Source: a virus. Taken from it: DNA of 64,000 bases. The position numbers were made by a program, and so were the translations under genes. The first letter of the stretch is position 1. Every line of letters begins with the position of its first letter. The stretch covers positions 16,340 to 80,339 of the IMG/VR virus record IMGVR_UViG_3300029319_000019; one strand, given 5' to 3'. This document shows positions 37,847 through 46,499 of the stretch, piece after piece. Below the pieces are notes generated by a model that saw nothing but the letters and a program-made list of their open reading frames with translations, made no database searches and was not told the DNA's origin.

Positions 37847-39025
37847 TTATGCTCTTTTTCTAGACCTTCTAATAGCCTCTTTACCTTTAGTAAATATACT
37901 TGCCACCTGTCTTTTACCCATTACTTTGGCTCTTTGTTCGCCTACCGTAAGGATTTGGATCTTCCTAGCAAACGGTTTATTAACTCTTTTAACCTTAGCC
38001 ACAGTAGCGCGAGCGTCAGCAGGTGTGGCAAAACGTATACCAACAGTATCCTTTGGATTTTCATCCGTATATAATCTTCTACCACTTCCTTTTGGTTTTT
38101 TACCTGTTCCTGTTACTGGATCTTTACCATGCTTAGATCTATAGCCACCTTTTTTATATATTTTACTAGAGTATTTATCTATACTAATAGGATCACCCGC
38201 TGCACCAGTACCATATAAAGCTGGCATATCGCTAGCATCTCTAGATATGTCTACTGGTAATATTGTAGTAAAACCTGATTTTGCAGTTTTTGCTAAAGGT
38301 TTTACAACTTTGTAAATATCTTTACCAAATTTCTTACCTTCCCTTATCAACTCATCTACTTTTGCTTTTTCTTTTCTATAAAATATCTTTAAAGCTTTTT
38401 TAGCAACCTTATCACCTTTGGCTGCATCTTTAACTGCTTTAACCATTCCTTTATAATATTTTGGCTTTTCAACTACCCTTTTTAGATAATCAACTAAGTT
38501 TTGTCCAGCAGTTCCTTCAAAAGGTCTAGTCTTCTTCATACTAGTATATAATGGTTCTCCAGCCCCTGCTGCAGAACTTATAACTTCAAGCTTGTCTTTA
38601 AAACCTCCTTTTTGATAGGCTGGTGTCTCTATAACTGTACCACTCTTTGGTCCTGTAGGTAAATCTTTGATGCCTGGTGGTACATTCTGATACGATTGTA
38701 CTAAATGTCCTTGGTCATCCACCTTTGTAATATTGATAGGCACTCTCATACCTTCAGTATTGAATGATGTATTAGCTGGTACATCTGGAAAAACCATGCT
38801 AGCACCTATGTTACCCATGGCTTGCTGTTCACGTAAACCTACTTGTTGTTCTTGTGGAGTTTGTGCAACTAGCATATTCTCTTGCTTAGCCTGTGCCTCT
38901 GCTTGTAACATTGCTGGTACATTAGCGCCCTGGTTAGCCATTTGATACAAGTCTAATATGCTACCTTCAAATCCAGTAGACCTAGCCATGTCTAATATTT
39001 CTCTACGCATTTGGTTATTCAGCAT
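37847..39025 (-). CDS. Modular basic protein (392 aa) segmented by YxKGG motifs, probable internal virion protein
   Basis: Modules end in AYQKGG and IYKKGG. Shares a 32-aa segment with cargo protein 3847..7011. Lies between portal and scaffold. Confidence 0.7.
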   Translation of the reverse strand: MLNNQMRREILDMARSTGFEGSILDLYQMANQGANVPAMLQAEAQAKQENMLVAQTPQEQQVGLREQQAMGNIGASMVFPDVPANTSFNTEGMRVPINITKVDDQGHLVQSYQNVPPGIKDLPTGPKSGTVIETPAYQKGGFKDKLEVISSAAGAGEPLYTSMKKTRPFEGTAGQNLVDYLKRVVEKPKYYKGMVKAVKDAAKGDKVAKKALKIFYRKEKAKVDELIREGKKFGKDIYKVVKPLAKTAKSGFTTILPVDISRDASDMPALYGTGAAGDPISIDKYSSKIYKKGGYRSKHGKDPVTGTGKKPKGSGRRLYTDENPKDTVGIRFATPADARATVAKVKRVNKPFARKIQILTVGEQRAKVMGKRQVASIFTKGKEAIRRSRKRA

Positions 39026-41270
39026 TGCCCTCTCTTGCTATCTGATTTTTCTCGTTGTCATTGTTTGTTTTAGCATCAAGTTCTTTCTCTCTAATATCTA
39101 GCTCACGCTGTTTGTTTTCAAAGTCTTGCATTAACTTCTGCATATTGAAGCTATCTAACTCTGGATTCTTTCTAGCTTCTGCGTTGATTAATGCTACCTC
39201 AATATCTAGCTGTCTATCTTTTTCTTTATCAATAGAAGCTCTTTCCATTTCTTGTTGTTGCATTTGCATCTGCTGTTGAGCTTGTGCTTGTTGTGCTTGT
39301 TGTTGTGCTTGCTCTAATTCTGCTGCAGCTTTCTCTGCTGCTTTTAACTTGCCTTTTATTTGACTGAAGTTTTCAGACTCAAACATCTCAGCAACCATAG
39401 AAGCTTTAGTACCATTCTGAATCATAGCCTGTGCGAGACCCTTAATCTGATCTAATCTCTGTTGATCCTTGCCAGCGTCAGATACAAAGATACCATAGTT
39501 AGCCTCCATATGTTGCAAAGTGTCAATGTCTAAAAAGTCTGCAGTACCATCAGGCATTACAAACATACCTTGTTTACCAGTAAGCCATGCTTCTTTTGAA
39601 TAGTCAAGCAGTGCTTGTAAATCTCTTTGTTCTAATCTAGCAAATTTTCTAAATAAATCTTCTGTAATATGTGAAGATTGTAATATAGCTTGCTGTGAAC
39701 TAGCTTTACCTTCATACGCACCAATCGTACCTTGTCTTTGTCTAGACACACCAGATATTTTCTCCCACTCTTGTAGTATAGATTCTAACAGTGTTATGTA
39801 TTGTGATATAGTCTTGATTGACATATCAAGAACTGATTGATGTTGTGGGTTAAGTTGTATACCTTCTTTGTTATAATCTACCCATGCAATACCCGTACCT
39901 TCTACATAGTACATAAATTTATCCATGTCCCATTTCTTAGGAATCATGTTAATATCAAACTGTGCAATAATATCTTTACTTCTAGCTATTGCCAGTTCCA
40001 TTCTATACTTGTAGATATTGTAGTTTAACTGATAAGGTATACCAAGTGATACTAGTGAAATATTGTCTGCATTTATATCAGAGTACTTTCTACCATTGAT
40101 AGGCAGTTTGCAAGTAGATGCATTGTCAATAGATAACCTTTGATTAGCTACAGGATTAATGTTAATGTAAAATCTACCATCAATACGTGTACCTTCCCAT
40201 ACTTCATTTACCCATAGATAAGTTACCTTAGCTCCTGCTTCTTTTAGCTCTTTAGGCATTCTAAACTTTTCATCAACCTCCATCTCTTCCATAGCTCCAG
40301 TATCTGGGTCCATGTATTCTAAGAAACCTACTCTTTTTCTTGACTTCCAATATACAGTAACTACTTCTATTAATCTGTTTCTGTATGTGTTTGGATCAGA
40401 ACCTGCTCTTGCTCTTCTGTATAATAGGTATGATTCTGGATCTGATTGTCTAGGCTCTTCTAGTTCTAGTACTTGTTCATCTGTTAATGACTCATAGAAT
40501 GAATCTATAACTGATGATGCATGTACATACTTTCTAACTAATGCCCAGTCTCCATCTTCTACAAACTCTATGTCTGGATCTTTATCATAATCAATATCAA
40601 TAGGATTTAATACTTCATAGAATGGCTCTTTGTTTCTCACGCCTCTATGTGTATATACTTCACCTGATACTAAAAAGTGAAACCAAGCTTTTTGTATTTT
40701 ATCATACACCTCTGACTGTTGCATTATGTATGTCATAGCATGTTGTCCTTTGATAGCTCTGTTATCTACATAACTATTCTCAAACTGATCTGCTATTTCT
40801 TTAGGCATTGGAATATCTTCTGGAGTTTCAATATTCTGCATTACCTCTGGATTAGTTTCAGCTAATACTTTTAAGAATCTTTGTTGTAAGTTTTGATATA
40901 TAGCTTGTTGCTTTGCTTTTTCTTTCTGACTTACAGCGTCTCCATTTTGTACTGTAACGGTGTAATTAAGAGGTCTTTTAGACTTCTCACCTAATAAAAG
41001 ATCAATAATAGGTTTGATAATAGGATAGTTACGCATTTTAGAGGGGAAATTTGTACGGGACTTGCCGTAAGGTTGTGTAACGTAACGATAGTCATCCTCA
41101 TAAATTACACCGTTGTAGTAATCATACAATCTCTTTAGGTCATCTTTTCTTTCGTTGACCCCATATAAAGATAACTCTATGTAGGCTTCTACACAGCTCT
41201 CTCTCCATTTTTTATTCTTCTTTGATAAAGGCAGCTTTTGCTGCGGTATTTTGTCTCCCCCTAGATACAT
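39015..41270 (-). CDS. Portal protein, 751 aa
   Basis: P.Q.LP.SKK.KKW, NYPIIKPIIDLLLGE, V.VYWKS, WVNEVWEGTRI, KLP.NG and GVSRQRQG motifs typical of crassvirus portals. Confidence 0.92.
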   Translation of the reverse strand: MYLGGDKIPQQKLPLSKKNKKWRESCVEAYIELSLYGVNERKDDLKRLYDYYNGVIYEDDYRYVTQPYGKSRTNFPSKMRNYPIIKPIIDLLLGEKSKRPLNYTVTVQNGDAVSQKEKAKQQAIYQNLQQRFLKVLAETNPEVMQNIETPEDIPMPKEIADQFENSYVDNRAIKGQHAMTYIMQQSEVYDKIQKAWFHFLVSGEVYTHRGVRNKEPFYEVLNPIDIDYDKDPDIEFVEDGDWALVRKYVHASSVIDSFYESLTDEQVLELEEPRQSDPESYLLYRRARAGSDPNTYRNRLIEVVTVYWKSRKRVGFLEYMDPDTGAMEEMEVDEKFRMPKELKEAGAKVTYLWVNEVWEGTRIDGRFYININPVANQRLSIDNASTCKLPINGRKYSDINADNISLVSLGIPYQLNYNIYKYRMELAIARSKDIIAQFDINMIPKKWDMDKFMYYVEGTGIAWVDYNKEGIQLNPQHQSVLDMSIKTISQYITLLESILQEWEKISGVSRQRQGTIGAYEGKASSQQAILQSSHITEDLFRKFARLEQRDLQALLDYSKEAWLTGKQGMFVMPDGTADFLDIDTLQHMEANYGIFVSDAGKDQQRLDQIKGLAQAMIQNGTKASMVAEMFESENFSQIKGKLKAAEKAAAELEQAQQQAQQAQAQQQMQMQQQEMERASIDKEKDRQLDIEVALINAEARKNPELDSFNMQKLMQDFENKQRELDIREKELDAKTNNDNEKNQIAREGNAE

Positions 41271-41277
41271 ATGTATG

Positions 41278-41285
41278 CAAAATTA
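41278..41285 (-). promoter_or_regulatory. Bacteroidota -7 box (TAATTTTG) upstream of portal
   Basis: Exact TAnnTTTG, 7 nt from the ATG at 41270. Confidence 0.55.
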
Positions 41286-41348
41286 ATTAAATTTATATTT
41301 TGTTATACTACCTGTGTGCCTTTTGTACTCCCTATTATAAATATAACA

Positions 41349-43340
41349 CTAGTAGTAATTTTTATCAAACCAATCATTAGATGAGTTATCTTCTAATATT
41401 TCTTTTACCTCTGCGTTATACAACTCTCTGGTATGATACATTCCCACCATTAGTGCCATAACACGGTCAAAGTTACCTCTGTGATTAAACTTTATTAACT
41501 CTTGTAAAAGAGCCAAGTCATATATCTTGTGTAAGTTCAAAGTTATTTTATCTCCATCGTCTGATCTTACAGCATTTAGCCAGTCTCGTATGTACAACTC
41601 TCCTTGTCTTTTTCTAGCCTCTGTTGTATGCATACCATAGTTACGTTTTACATTTCTAGATCTTAGATCTTTTTTGTCTAGCATTTCAAACTCTTCTTGT
41701 AATCTATGTAACTTTCTATGCTGTCTTGCGTATTGTATAACAGCACCACGATCATTCTCAAACCCTATCTTTGCATTATAATAATCAGCTAGCATAAATA
41801 AATTTTTATTATATTCGTCTTGCGTATGTGGTCTACCTACATAGCTAGCAACAATTAAATCATCAGGCTTTGATATATTATTTATTCTCTTTATCACATA
41901 CGCAGCACCTAGAGAACTGGAATCTGCTGATTGGTTTTGTCCATACGGGTCATGACAAACTAGATATAGATTGTGTGGGACTTGTCCCTCTTGATTCCGA
42001 TATGGACCTTCATACAGAACAATGGCTCCTGTTAAATTATCTTCCTTACGATGAGGAAACCTTAGAATAGGTCTTGCATCTCCATCTGGTTCAAACTTTA
42101 TCTTATTATCTTTACCATAGTACAATCTACCAGCTGTACCTATTGCATGCAGCTTGTTTGCTTTTACTTTGTTATACTGTTCTTGTAGTGATGAAATGTC
42201 AAATAGATTTGATGACACTTGTAGTGTAGCTTCACTAGGACATAATGGATGTTCTGCTATATATTGATCGTAGGCTTTTGGATCATTAGTGCCTTTCTTT
42301 TTATTCCTATTAGTCTGTTCAAACTCTTTAGCTTCTTCTACATTAGAGTTACCATCATCATCAATAAATCCTTCTAAGTTCTCAAAGATTGGTACAAAGT
42401 ATCCACACTCTGTGCCCATAGCACCATCATCCCACTCGTTTGCAAAAGATAGACAGTCATATGATTCTGGGTTGTAGAATAATTCTTCCATACCCGCAAA
42501 GTCTACACCCTGTGTACCGCCTGTACCAAAAGCAATCATAGTACCTAGCGTCTTACTACCTTGACGCATTGTTGGCATAGCTACTTCCCAAGCTTTTAGT
42601 AGTCCTGGAAATGATCCTGCCTCTTCAAAAAATATAAGTTCACCTGCCTTACCCCTTACTTTATCTGGATCATCTTTTAGTGACACACCTATAATCTGTG
42701 ACTTCATACCCATCTCTACAAGTGCACCATTTACATTCTTCTTGTATCCAGATTGCTTGTGCATTTCTCTATCTCGCAATCTTGGCTGTGTCCATGCTGT
42801 ATTATCATCTACAAATGACATAATATCCCAAGCTTTAGATAATAAACCATCCCCAATCAAGTATTCTTTCTGCCCTGCAAATACATAGTTCTTACTATTA
42901 CGCACATGAAAGTAGTTACGTACCAACATAGCAGCAGCTTTGTAAGAAAATCCTTTACGACGTGCTTTTAACACTGTCATGTGCTTGTTTTCTTTCCTAC
43001 ATCTATCTACTGCAGTAAAGTATTTCCAATCTCCGTCGTAAAATGCTGGGAATGTACGCTCTCTTCGAGCTATAACTGTACCATCTGGTAGTTCTTCATC
43101 AACAGATCTGTCAATGGGACAATAGTTAAGATAAAAATAGTGGTTGCCTGTGATTGTTACACCGTTATAGGTGTACCCATATAAGCATCTTTTGCGTTCT
43201 TCGTCCCAGTATTCAAAGTATGGCTTTGTACCAGGCAGTGCATTAGTATAATATCCGTTCTTAAGATACTTATTAGCTGCTGGAGCTAATCCTTGCGTTT
43301 GTTTAAAAACTTGTTTTTTATATTCTGTAACTCCTGACAT
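41349..43340 (-). CDS. terL: Terminase large subunit
   Basis: YW.EE..RC..GY, ITG.HYFYLNY, Walker A KARRKGFS, Walker B IFFEEAG, GTGG, nuclease DPY and GNFDRV motifs. Confidence 0.95.
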   Translation of the reverse strand: MSGVTEYKKQVFKQTQGLAPAANKYLKNGYYTNALPGTKPYFEYWDEERKRCLYGYTYNGVTITGNHYFYLNYCPIDRSVDEELPDGTVIARRERTFPAFYDGDWKYFTAVDRCRKENKHMTVLKARRKGFSYKAAAMLVRNYFHVRNSKNYVFAGQKEYLIGDGLLSKAWDIMSFVDDNTAWTQPRLRDREMHKQSGYKKNVNGALVEMGMKSQIIGVSLKDDPDKVRGKAGELIFFEEAGSFPGLLKAWEVAMPTMRQGSKTLGTMIAFGTGGTQGVDFAGMEELFYNPESYDCLSFANEWDDGAMGTECGYFVPIFENLEGFIDDDGNSNVEEAKEFEQTNRNKKKGTNDPKAYDQYIAEHPLCPSEATLQVSSNLFDISSLQEQYNKVKANKLHAIGTAGRLYYGKDNKIKFEPDGDARPILRFPHRKEDNLTGAIVLYEGPYRNQEGQVPHNLYLVCHDPYGQNQSADSSSLGAAYVIKRINNISKPDDLIVASYVGRPHTQDEYNKNLFMLADYYNAKIGFENDRGAVIQYARQHRKLHRLQEEFEMLDKKDLRSRNVKRNYGMHTTEARKRQGELYIRDWLNAVRSDDGDKITLNLHKIYDLALLQELIKFNHRGNFDRVMALMVGMYHTRELYNAEVKEILEDNSSNDWFDKNYY

Positions 43341-43564
43341 TTTTCATATTCTTCTGTGCTTATAAAATGATGTATTAACAAATCTAAAGTAGCTTCATCT
43401 CTTCCATCACTTTCTATAGGATCAAAAGGTAAATAAAAATCTTCTATCCTACCTGTCTTCTCAGCTTTCTCGTATATATCATCAAGAGTTATTCTTTTAG
43501 TTACAAAGTCATACGCATTCTCCATGGCATTATTATAATCTTGTAAGTCTTCTAAAAAATCCAT
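43286..43564 (-). CDS. Small acidic protein with C-terminal UVR-like (EEYEKCQEL) motif
   Basis: HHFISTEEYEKCQELQNIK resembles the UvrB/UvrC (UVR) helical hairpin. Confidence 0.55.
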   Translation of the reverse strand: MDFLEDLQDYNNAMENAYDFVTKRITLDDIYEKAEKTGRIEDFYLPFDPIESDGRDEATLDLLIHHFISTEEYEKCQELQNIKNKFLNKRKD

Positions 43565-43573
43565 GTCTCAAAT

Positions 43574-44080
43574 CTACGAACTATATTTGTTAACTACAAC
43601 ACCGCCACGTGTATTTGTATTTACTTGTTCTTGTTTAGCTACTTGCTCTTCTAGTTTTGATAATCCACTAACTACATCTCCCATCTTAGATAAATTAGCA
43701 ACCAAGTCTTTTGCATGAAAGATCGGTCTACCATTATCATCCATCATTGTTAGATCTACAGTCTCAAAATACTTTTGTAGTTTTATTACTGACAGTCTTG
43801 CTGCCTTCAATAGTTTTACTGCAGATGTTTCTTTTAATTTTTTGTATGTATCACAAGCTGCTTTTACTTTAGAACTAGGTGCCCACTTTGATTTACCATA
43901 TACACCTAACACTACCTCATCATGTCTACTCTCTTCATCATATACCGCATATGGAGATTTATGATCACACATAAAGTACACATATGCAAGTTCTTTAGAA
44001 TCTAAAGGCTTAAATTCTATAATACTTAGTGCATATGGAGAAGGCACTGCTACGTTATCAACTATCTCTAGTAACTCCAT
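43574..44080 (-). CDS. Conserved crassvirus protein upstream of TerL (candidate terminase small subunit)
   Basis: KELAYVYFMCD.KSPY...W.P...VKAA...Y...L..LEEQV..E....RGG pattern and position. Confidence 0.55.
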   Translation of the reverse strand: MELLEIVDNVAVPSPYALSIIEFKPLDSKELAYVYFMCDHKSPYAVYDEESRHDEVVLGVYGKSKWAPSSKVKAACDTYKKLKETSAVKLLKAARLSVIKLQKYFETVDLTMMDDNGRPIFHAKDLVANLSKMGDVVSGLSKLEEQVAKQEQVNTNTRGGVVVNKYSS

Positions 44081-44273
44081 TTATATTATCTCTTCTTTCT
44101 TTTTTAGAATAAAATCTACCAAAGTATGGCAGTCTTACAGAGTGAAAATTACCTTCAGACATAATTTTTGCTACATACTTAAACTGGCTGTTTATAATTT
44201 TCTCTACCTTTTCAAGAGGTAAATTATACTTTGTCGCTAGTATCTGTATTACTTCCTTTTTTGACTTTGCCAT
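44058..44273 (-). CDS. HU/IHF-like small DNA-binding protein
   Basis: KKEVIQILATKYNL....VEKII.SQF......SVRLPYFGRF matches the HU fold. Confidence 0.7.
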   Translation of the reverse strand: MAKSKKEVIQILATKYNLPLEKVEKIINSQFKYVAKIMSEGNFHSVRLPYFGRFYSKKERRDNINGVTRDS

Positions 44274-44523
44274 TGGTTTGTGATTTCCATTTGTTTATAG
44301 GACATGTAGTTGATCTCCATTTTGCTTTGTGTTGTATTAAACATCCGCATTTACCACACCTCATTCTATCTCTTATTAAATGCTCACAGCTATTACAATC
44401 AGATAATCTCTCTGCATAGTCTTCTTCAGATACATTAGGGGCACCTTCAGATATATACTTAGCAAGATCTTTACTAAAACTCTTAGTCATTTGCCATAAA
44501 CTTGGCATTTTATCCTTACTCAT
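44224..44523 (-). CDS. Zn-finger protein (DUF6171-like)
   Basis: RL..C.SC......RC.KCGC....KA......CP..KW motif. Confidence 0.7.
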   Translation of the reverse strand: MSKDKMPSLWQMTKSFSKDLAKYISEGAPNVSEEDYAERLSDCNSCEHLIRDRMRCGKCGCLIQHKAKWRSTTCPINKWKSQTNGKVKKGSNTDTSDKV

Positions 44524-44848
44524 TCCAGTTAATGTTTACTTCTACTTTCTTAGTATCTAAATTTAATAATCTACTTAAAATATAGTTTTTACCATCTTTT
44601 CTAATAGCTCTTTTGTCTTTCATCTTCTTTACATAATTATTTAATGTATTGAAGTCTGCTAGTCCTAAAACTTTTGCTGCAGCTTTTTTAACTTTTGCAG
44701 AACATATACTAGGATCTTCTAAGGCAACAGCTGCATCTACTAAGGCTGCTAAAACTTTTACCTCTGTAGAAGTAAGATTAAACACCCCGTTCCAGAACTG
44801 TAAATATTTTAGTGTAGAATTTACTTTAATCGTTATCTTTTGCTCCAT
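44516..44848 (-). CDS. Winged-HTH protein (RepL/MarR-like)
   Basis: LTSTEVKVLAAL...AAKVLG...NTLNNYVKKMKDKRAI.K pattern. Confidence 0.6.
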   Translation of the reverse strand: MEQKITIKVNSTLKYLQFWNGVFNLTSTEVKVLAALVDAAVALEDPSICSAKVKKAAAKVLGLADFNTLNNYVKKMKDKRAIRKDGKNYILSRLLNLDTKKVEVNINWNE

Positions 44849-45008
44849 CTTGTTCTTCTTTTTCTTTTAAATACGCAGTAAGTATAGCTTCGTACTGTTG
44901 TAATTGTATTTTTTGGTTTTCTAATAATTGATACACTTCATACGCTACTCTTATAGGTTTACCATCAATATATATTCTTCTTTTATTCTGTTTCTTCAGT
45001 GCTTTCAT
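44826..45008 (-). CDS. Hypothetical protein
   Basis: Overlap-coupled small ORF in operon. Confidence 0.55.
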   Translation of the reverse strand: MKALKKQNKRRIYIDGKPIRVAYEVYQLLENQKIQLQQYEAILTAYLKEKEEQDGAKDND

Positions 45009-45174
45009 CTTCTACTGTTACTATTAATATATATTCCATGTCCCCTATCAAGACTTGTATATCCCATGTACAATTTATATTTTTTTCTGACCACATGTCT
45101 AACTTTTCTTCAAATTCTCTATACAATAAAAAGAGTTCTTCCCAACTATGAGTCTGAAACTTTGTTCTGATCAT
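44983..45174 (-). CDS. Hypothetical protein
   Basis: Overlap-coupled small acidic ORF. Confidence 0.5.
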   Translation of the reverse strand: MIRTKFQTHSWEELFLLYREFEEKLDMWSEKNINCTWDIQVLIGDMEYILIVTVEDESTEETE

Positions 45175-45412
45175 CCTTAAATTGTATTGTTGCTCTATCG
45201 TTTTCTACTACTATGGTAGCAGTCTTAGATTGCCTGTTAAATTCATCTATATACTTAGATATATCTTCTCTTGTACACAAAAATGACAAGAACACAGACA
45301 GCTCTTTTGCTGCTCTGGATGTATTATGCTTTAGATCGTTAGTTTTTTGAGTGTGTTCTATCAATTCTAAGTAATCATCCAGGTTTATTGTAACTGTTCC
45401 TGGCAACTTCAT
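45146..45412 (-). CDS. Hypothetical protein
   Basis: TVTINLDDYLEL start, TAATG-coupled to groES. Confidence 0.6.
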   Translation of the reverse strand: MKLPGTVTINLDDYLELIEHTQKTNDLKHNTSRAAKELSVFLSFLCTREDISKYIDEFNRQSKTATIVVENDRATIQFKDDQNKVSDS

Positions 45413-45687
45413 TAGAACTTACCTAATACTTGAAACTCATTAACAAACAAATACTGAACTTCGTCAATATGAATAAGCATTGCCTCTGTGTTTGGATCTA
45501 CCATGATCTTATCACCCGGCTCACACTGCGTAACTTGCGGTCCTACCGCCAATACTTCTACAATATTTGTCTGTAATTGTCTTGCAGTCTCGTCATCAAG
45601 AATGATACCTGCATCTGTCTTCTTTTTGTCCGGTCTTGGTACTACTATCCATGCACCAAACGGTTGAAATGTAAATTCCTTTGCCAT
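45412..45687 (-). CDS. groES: Co-chaperonin GroES (Cpn10)-like
   Basis: QPFG..IVV....KKTDAGIIL (mobile loop), EVLAVGP, PGDKI and Y..V.E..VLG motifs. Confidence 0.85.
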   Translation of the reverse strand: MAKEFTFQPFGAWIVVPRPDKKKTDAGIILDDETARQLQTNIVEVLAVGPQVTQCEPGDKIMVDPNTEAMLIHIDEVQYLFVNEFQVLGKF

Positions 45688-45712
45688 TGCTATCTATAAT
45701 TAGTTATAAATG

Positions 45713-45744
45713 CAAAGGTATAATAAAATATTTTACAAATACAA
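45713..45744 (-). promoter_or_regulatory. Bacteroidota promoter of the late operon (TTG-N21-TACCTTTG)
   Basis: -7 box at 45713-45720 and TTG at 45742-45744, upstream of groES. Confidence 0.7.
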
Positions 45745-45749
45745 GTGTT

Positions 45750-46035
45750 TTTTGAAGAACTTCACTATTGGGTACACCACACCCCTAGGAGATTTGCTAT
45801 TTCAGTTGGAATTTTACCTCTGGCAGTGCTGTCTTTTGGACTACCTAAGGACACTAAAACTGATGTTAATTCATCACACCTACCTCTGTGTAATGTGCCC
45901 TAACCGTTGGCTATATCCGCCTTTTCAGAGACTATTGGAGAAAACTCTAATCCTTATTTAGGATCTACAATCCAACGTCTGACCCCATAACTACCTTTCG
46001 GCCCTCTGGGGTGATACGTATATTACGTGTCTCTG
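45750..46035 (-). ncRNA. Candidate ~290-nt structured non-coding RNA
   Basis: Own TAnnTTTG promoter at 46040-46047, no minus-strand ORF, raised GC. At least six stems with G-U pairs favouring the minus strand and a GAAA tetraloop. Confidence 0.5.
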
Positions 46036-46039
46036 CGGA

Positions 46040-46047
46040 CAAAAATA
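46040..46047 (-). promoter_or_regulatory. Bacteroidota -7 box (TATTTTTG) upstream of the candidate ncRNA
   Basis: Exact TAnnTTTG just outside the structured region. Confidence 0.55.
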
Positions 46048-46244
46048 CTAAAAAAAATTTAACCACCAAAATTTTTGAGCGTGTGTACCTACTATTGCAA
46101 AGACCCTACCTATGTTTCGGAGTTAGAGATACCCCGTGCATAAATATATATAAATTATATGTATGTTCTATTGCATAGACATTCGCTAGCTCTCGCGTAG
46201 TGTGTCGCGGTGATACACTCGTATAATCTAACAACAATTGTGAT

Positions 46245-46493
46245 ATGAATAAGCTAAGCACTTATCTTAAAGAAAACGGCTATATGCAAGCCAAAGTAGT
46301 AAATGGCCCTAATGGTGACTTCGTTGTTGCAGCTAAAGAGGATAACTCTATTGCAACATTCCCAGTAGGCAAGAACTCTCAAGGAGAAACAGACATCTTC
46401 GCATTCAACTATGTAGTAGGTACGCGTGACGGTATTAGTCAAGTAATTGCTACTGTTAATCAGTATAGTGAAACAGAGTTCCAAGTATTGTAA
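46245..46493 (+). CDS. First early gene, hypothetical 82-aa protein
   Basis: Own upstream motif and downstream terminator. High-expression codon usage. Confidence 0.75.
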   Translation: MNKLSTYLKENGYMQAKVVNGPNGDFVVAAKEDNSIATFPVGKNSQGETDIFAFNYVVGTRDGISQVIATVNQYSETEFQVL

Positions 46494-46499
46494 TTAGTT

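Noticed and set aside
45710-45961. 83-aa plus-strand ORF
   Set aside because: Atypical composition, overlaps the late promoter, and is antisense to the structured element. Probably spurious.
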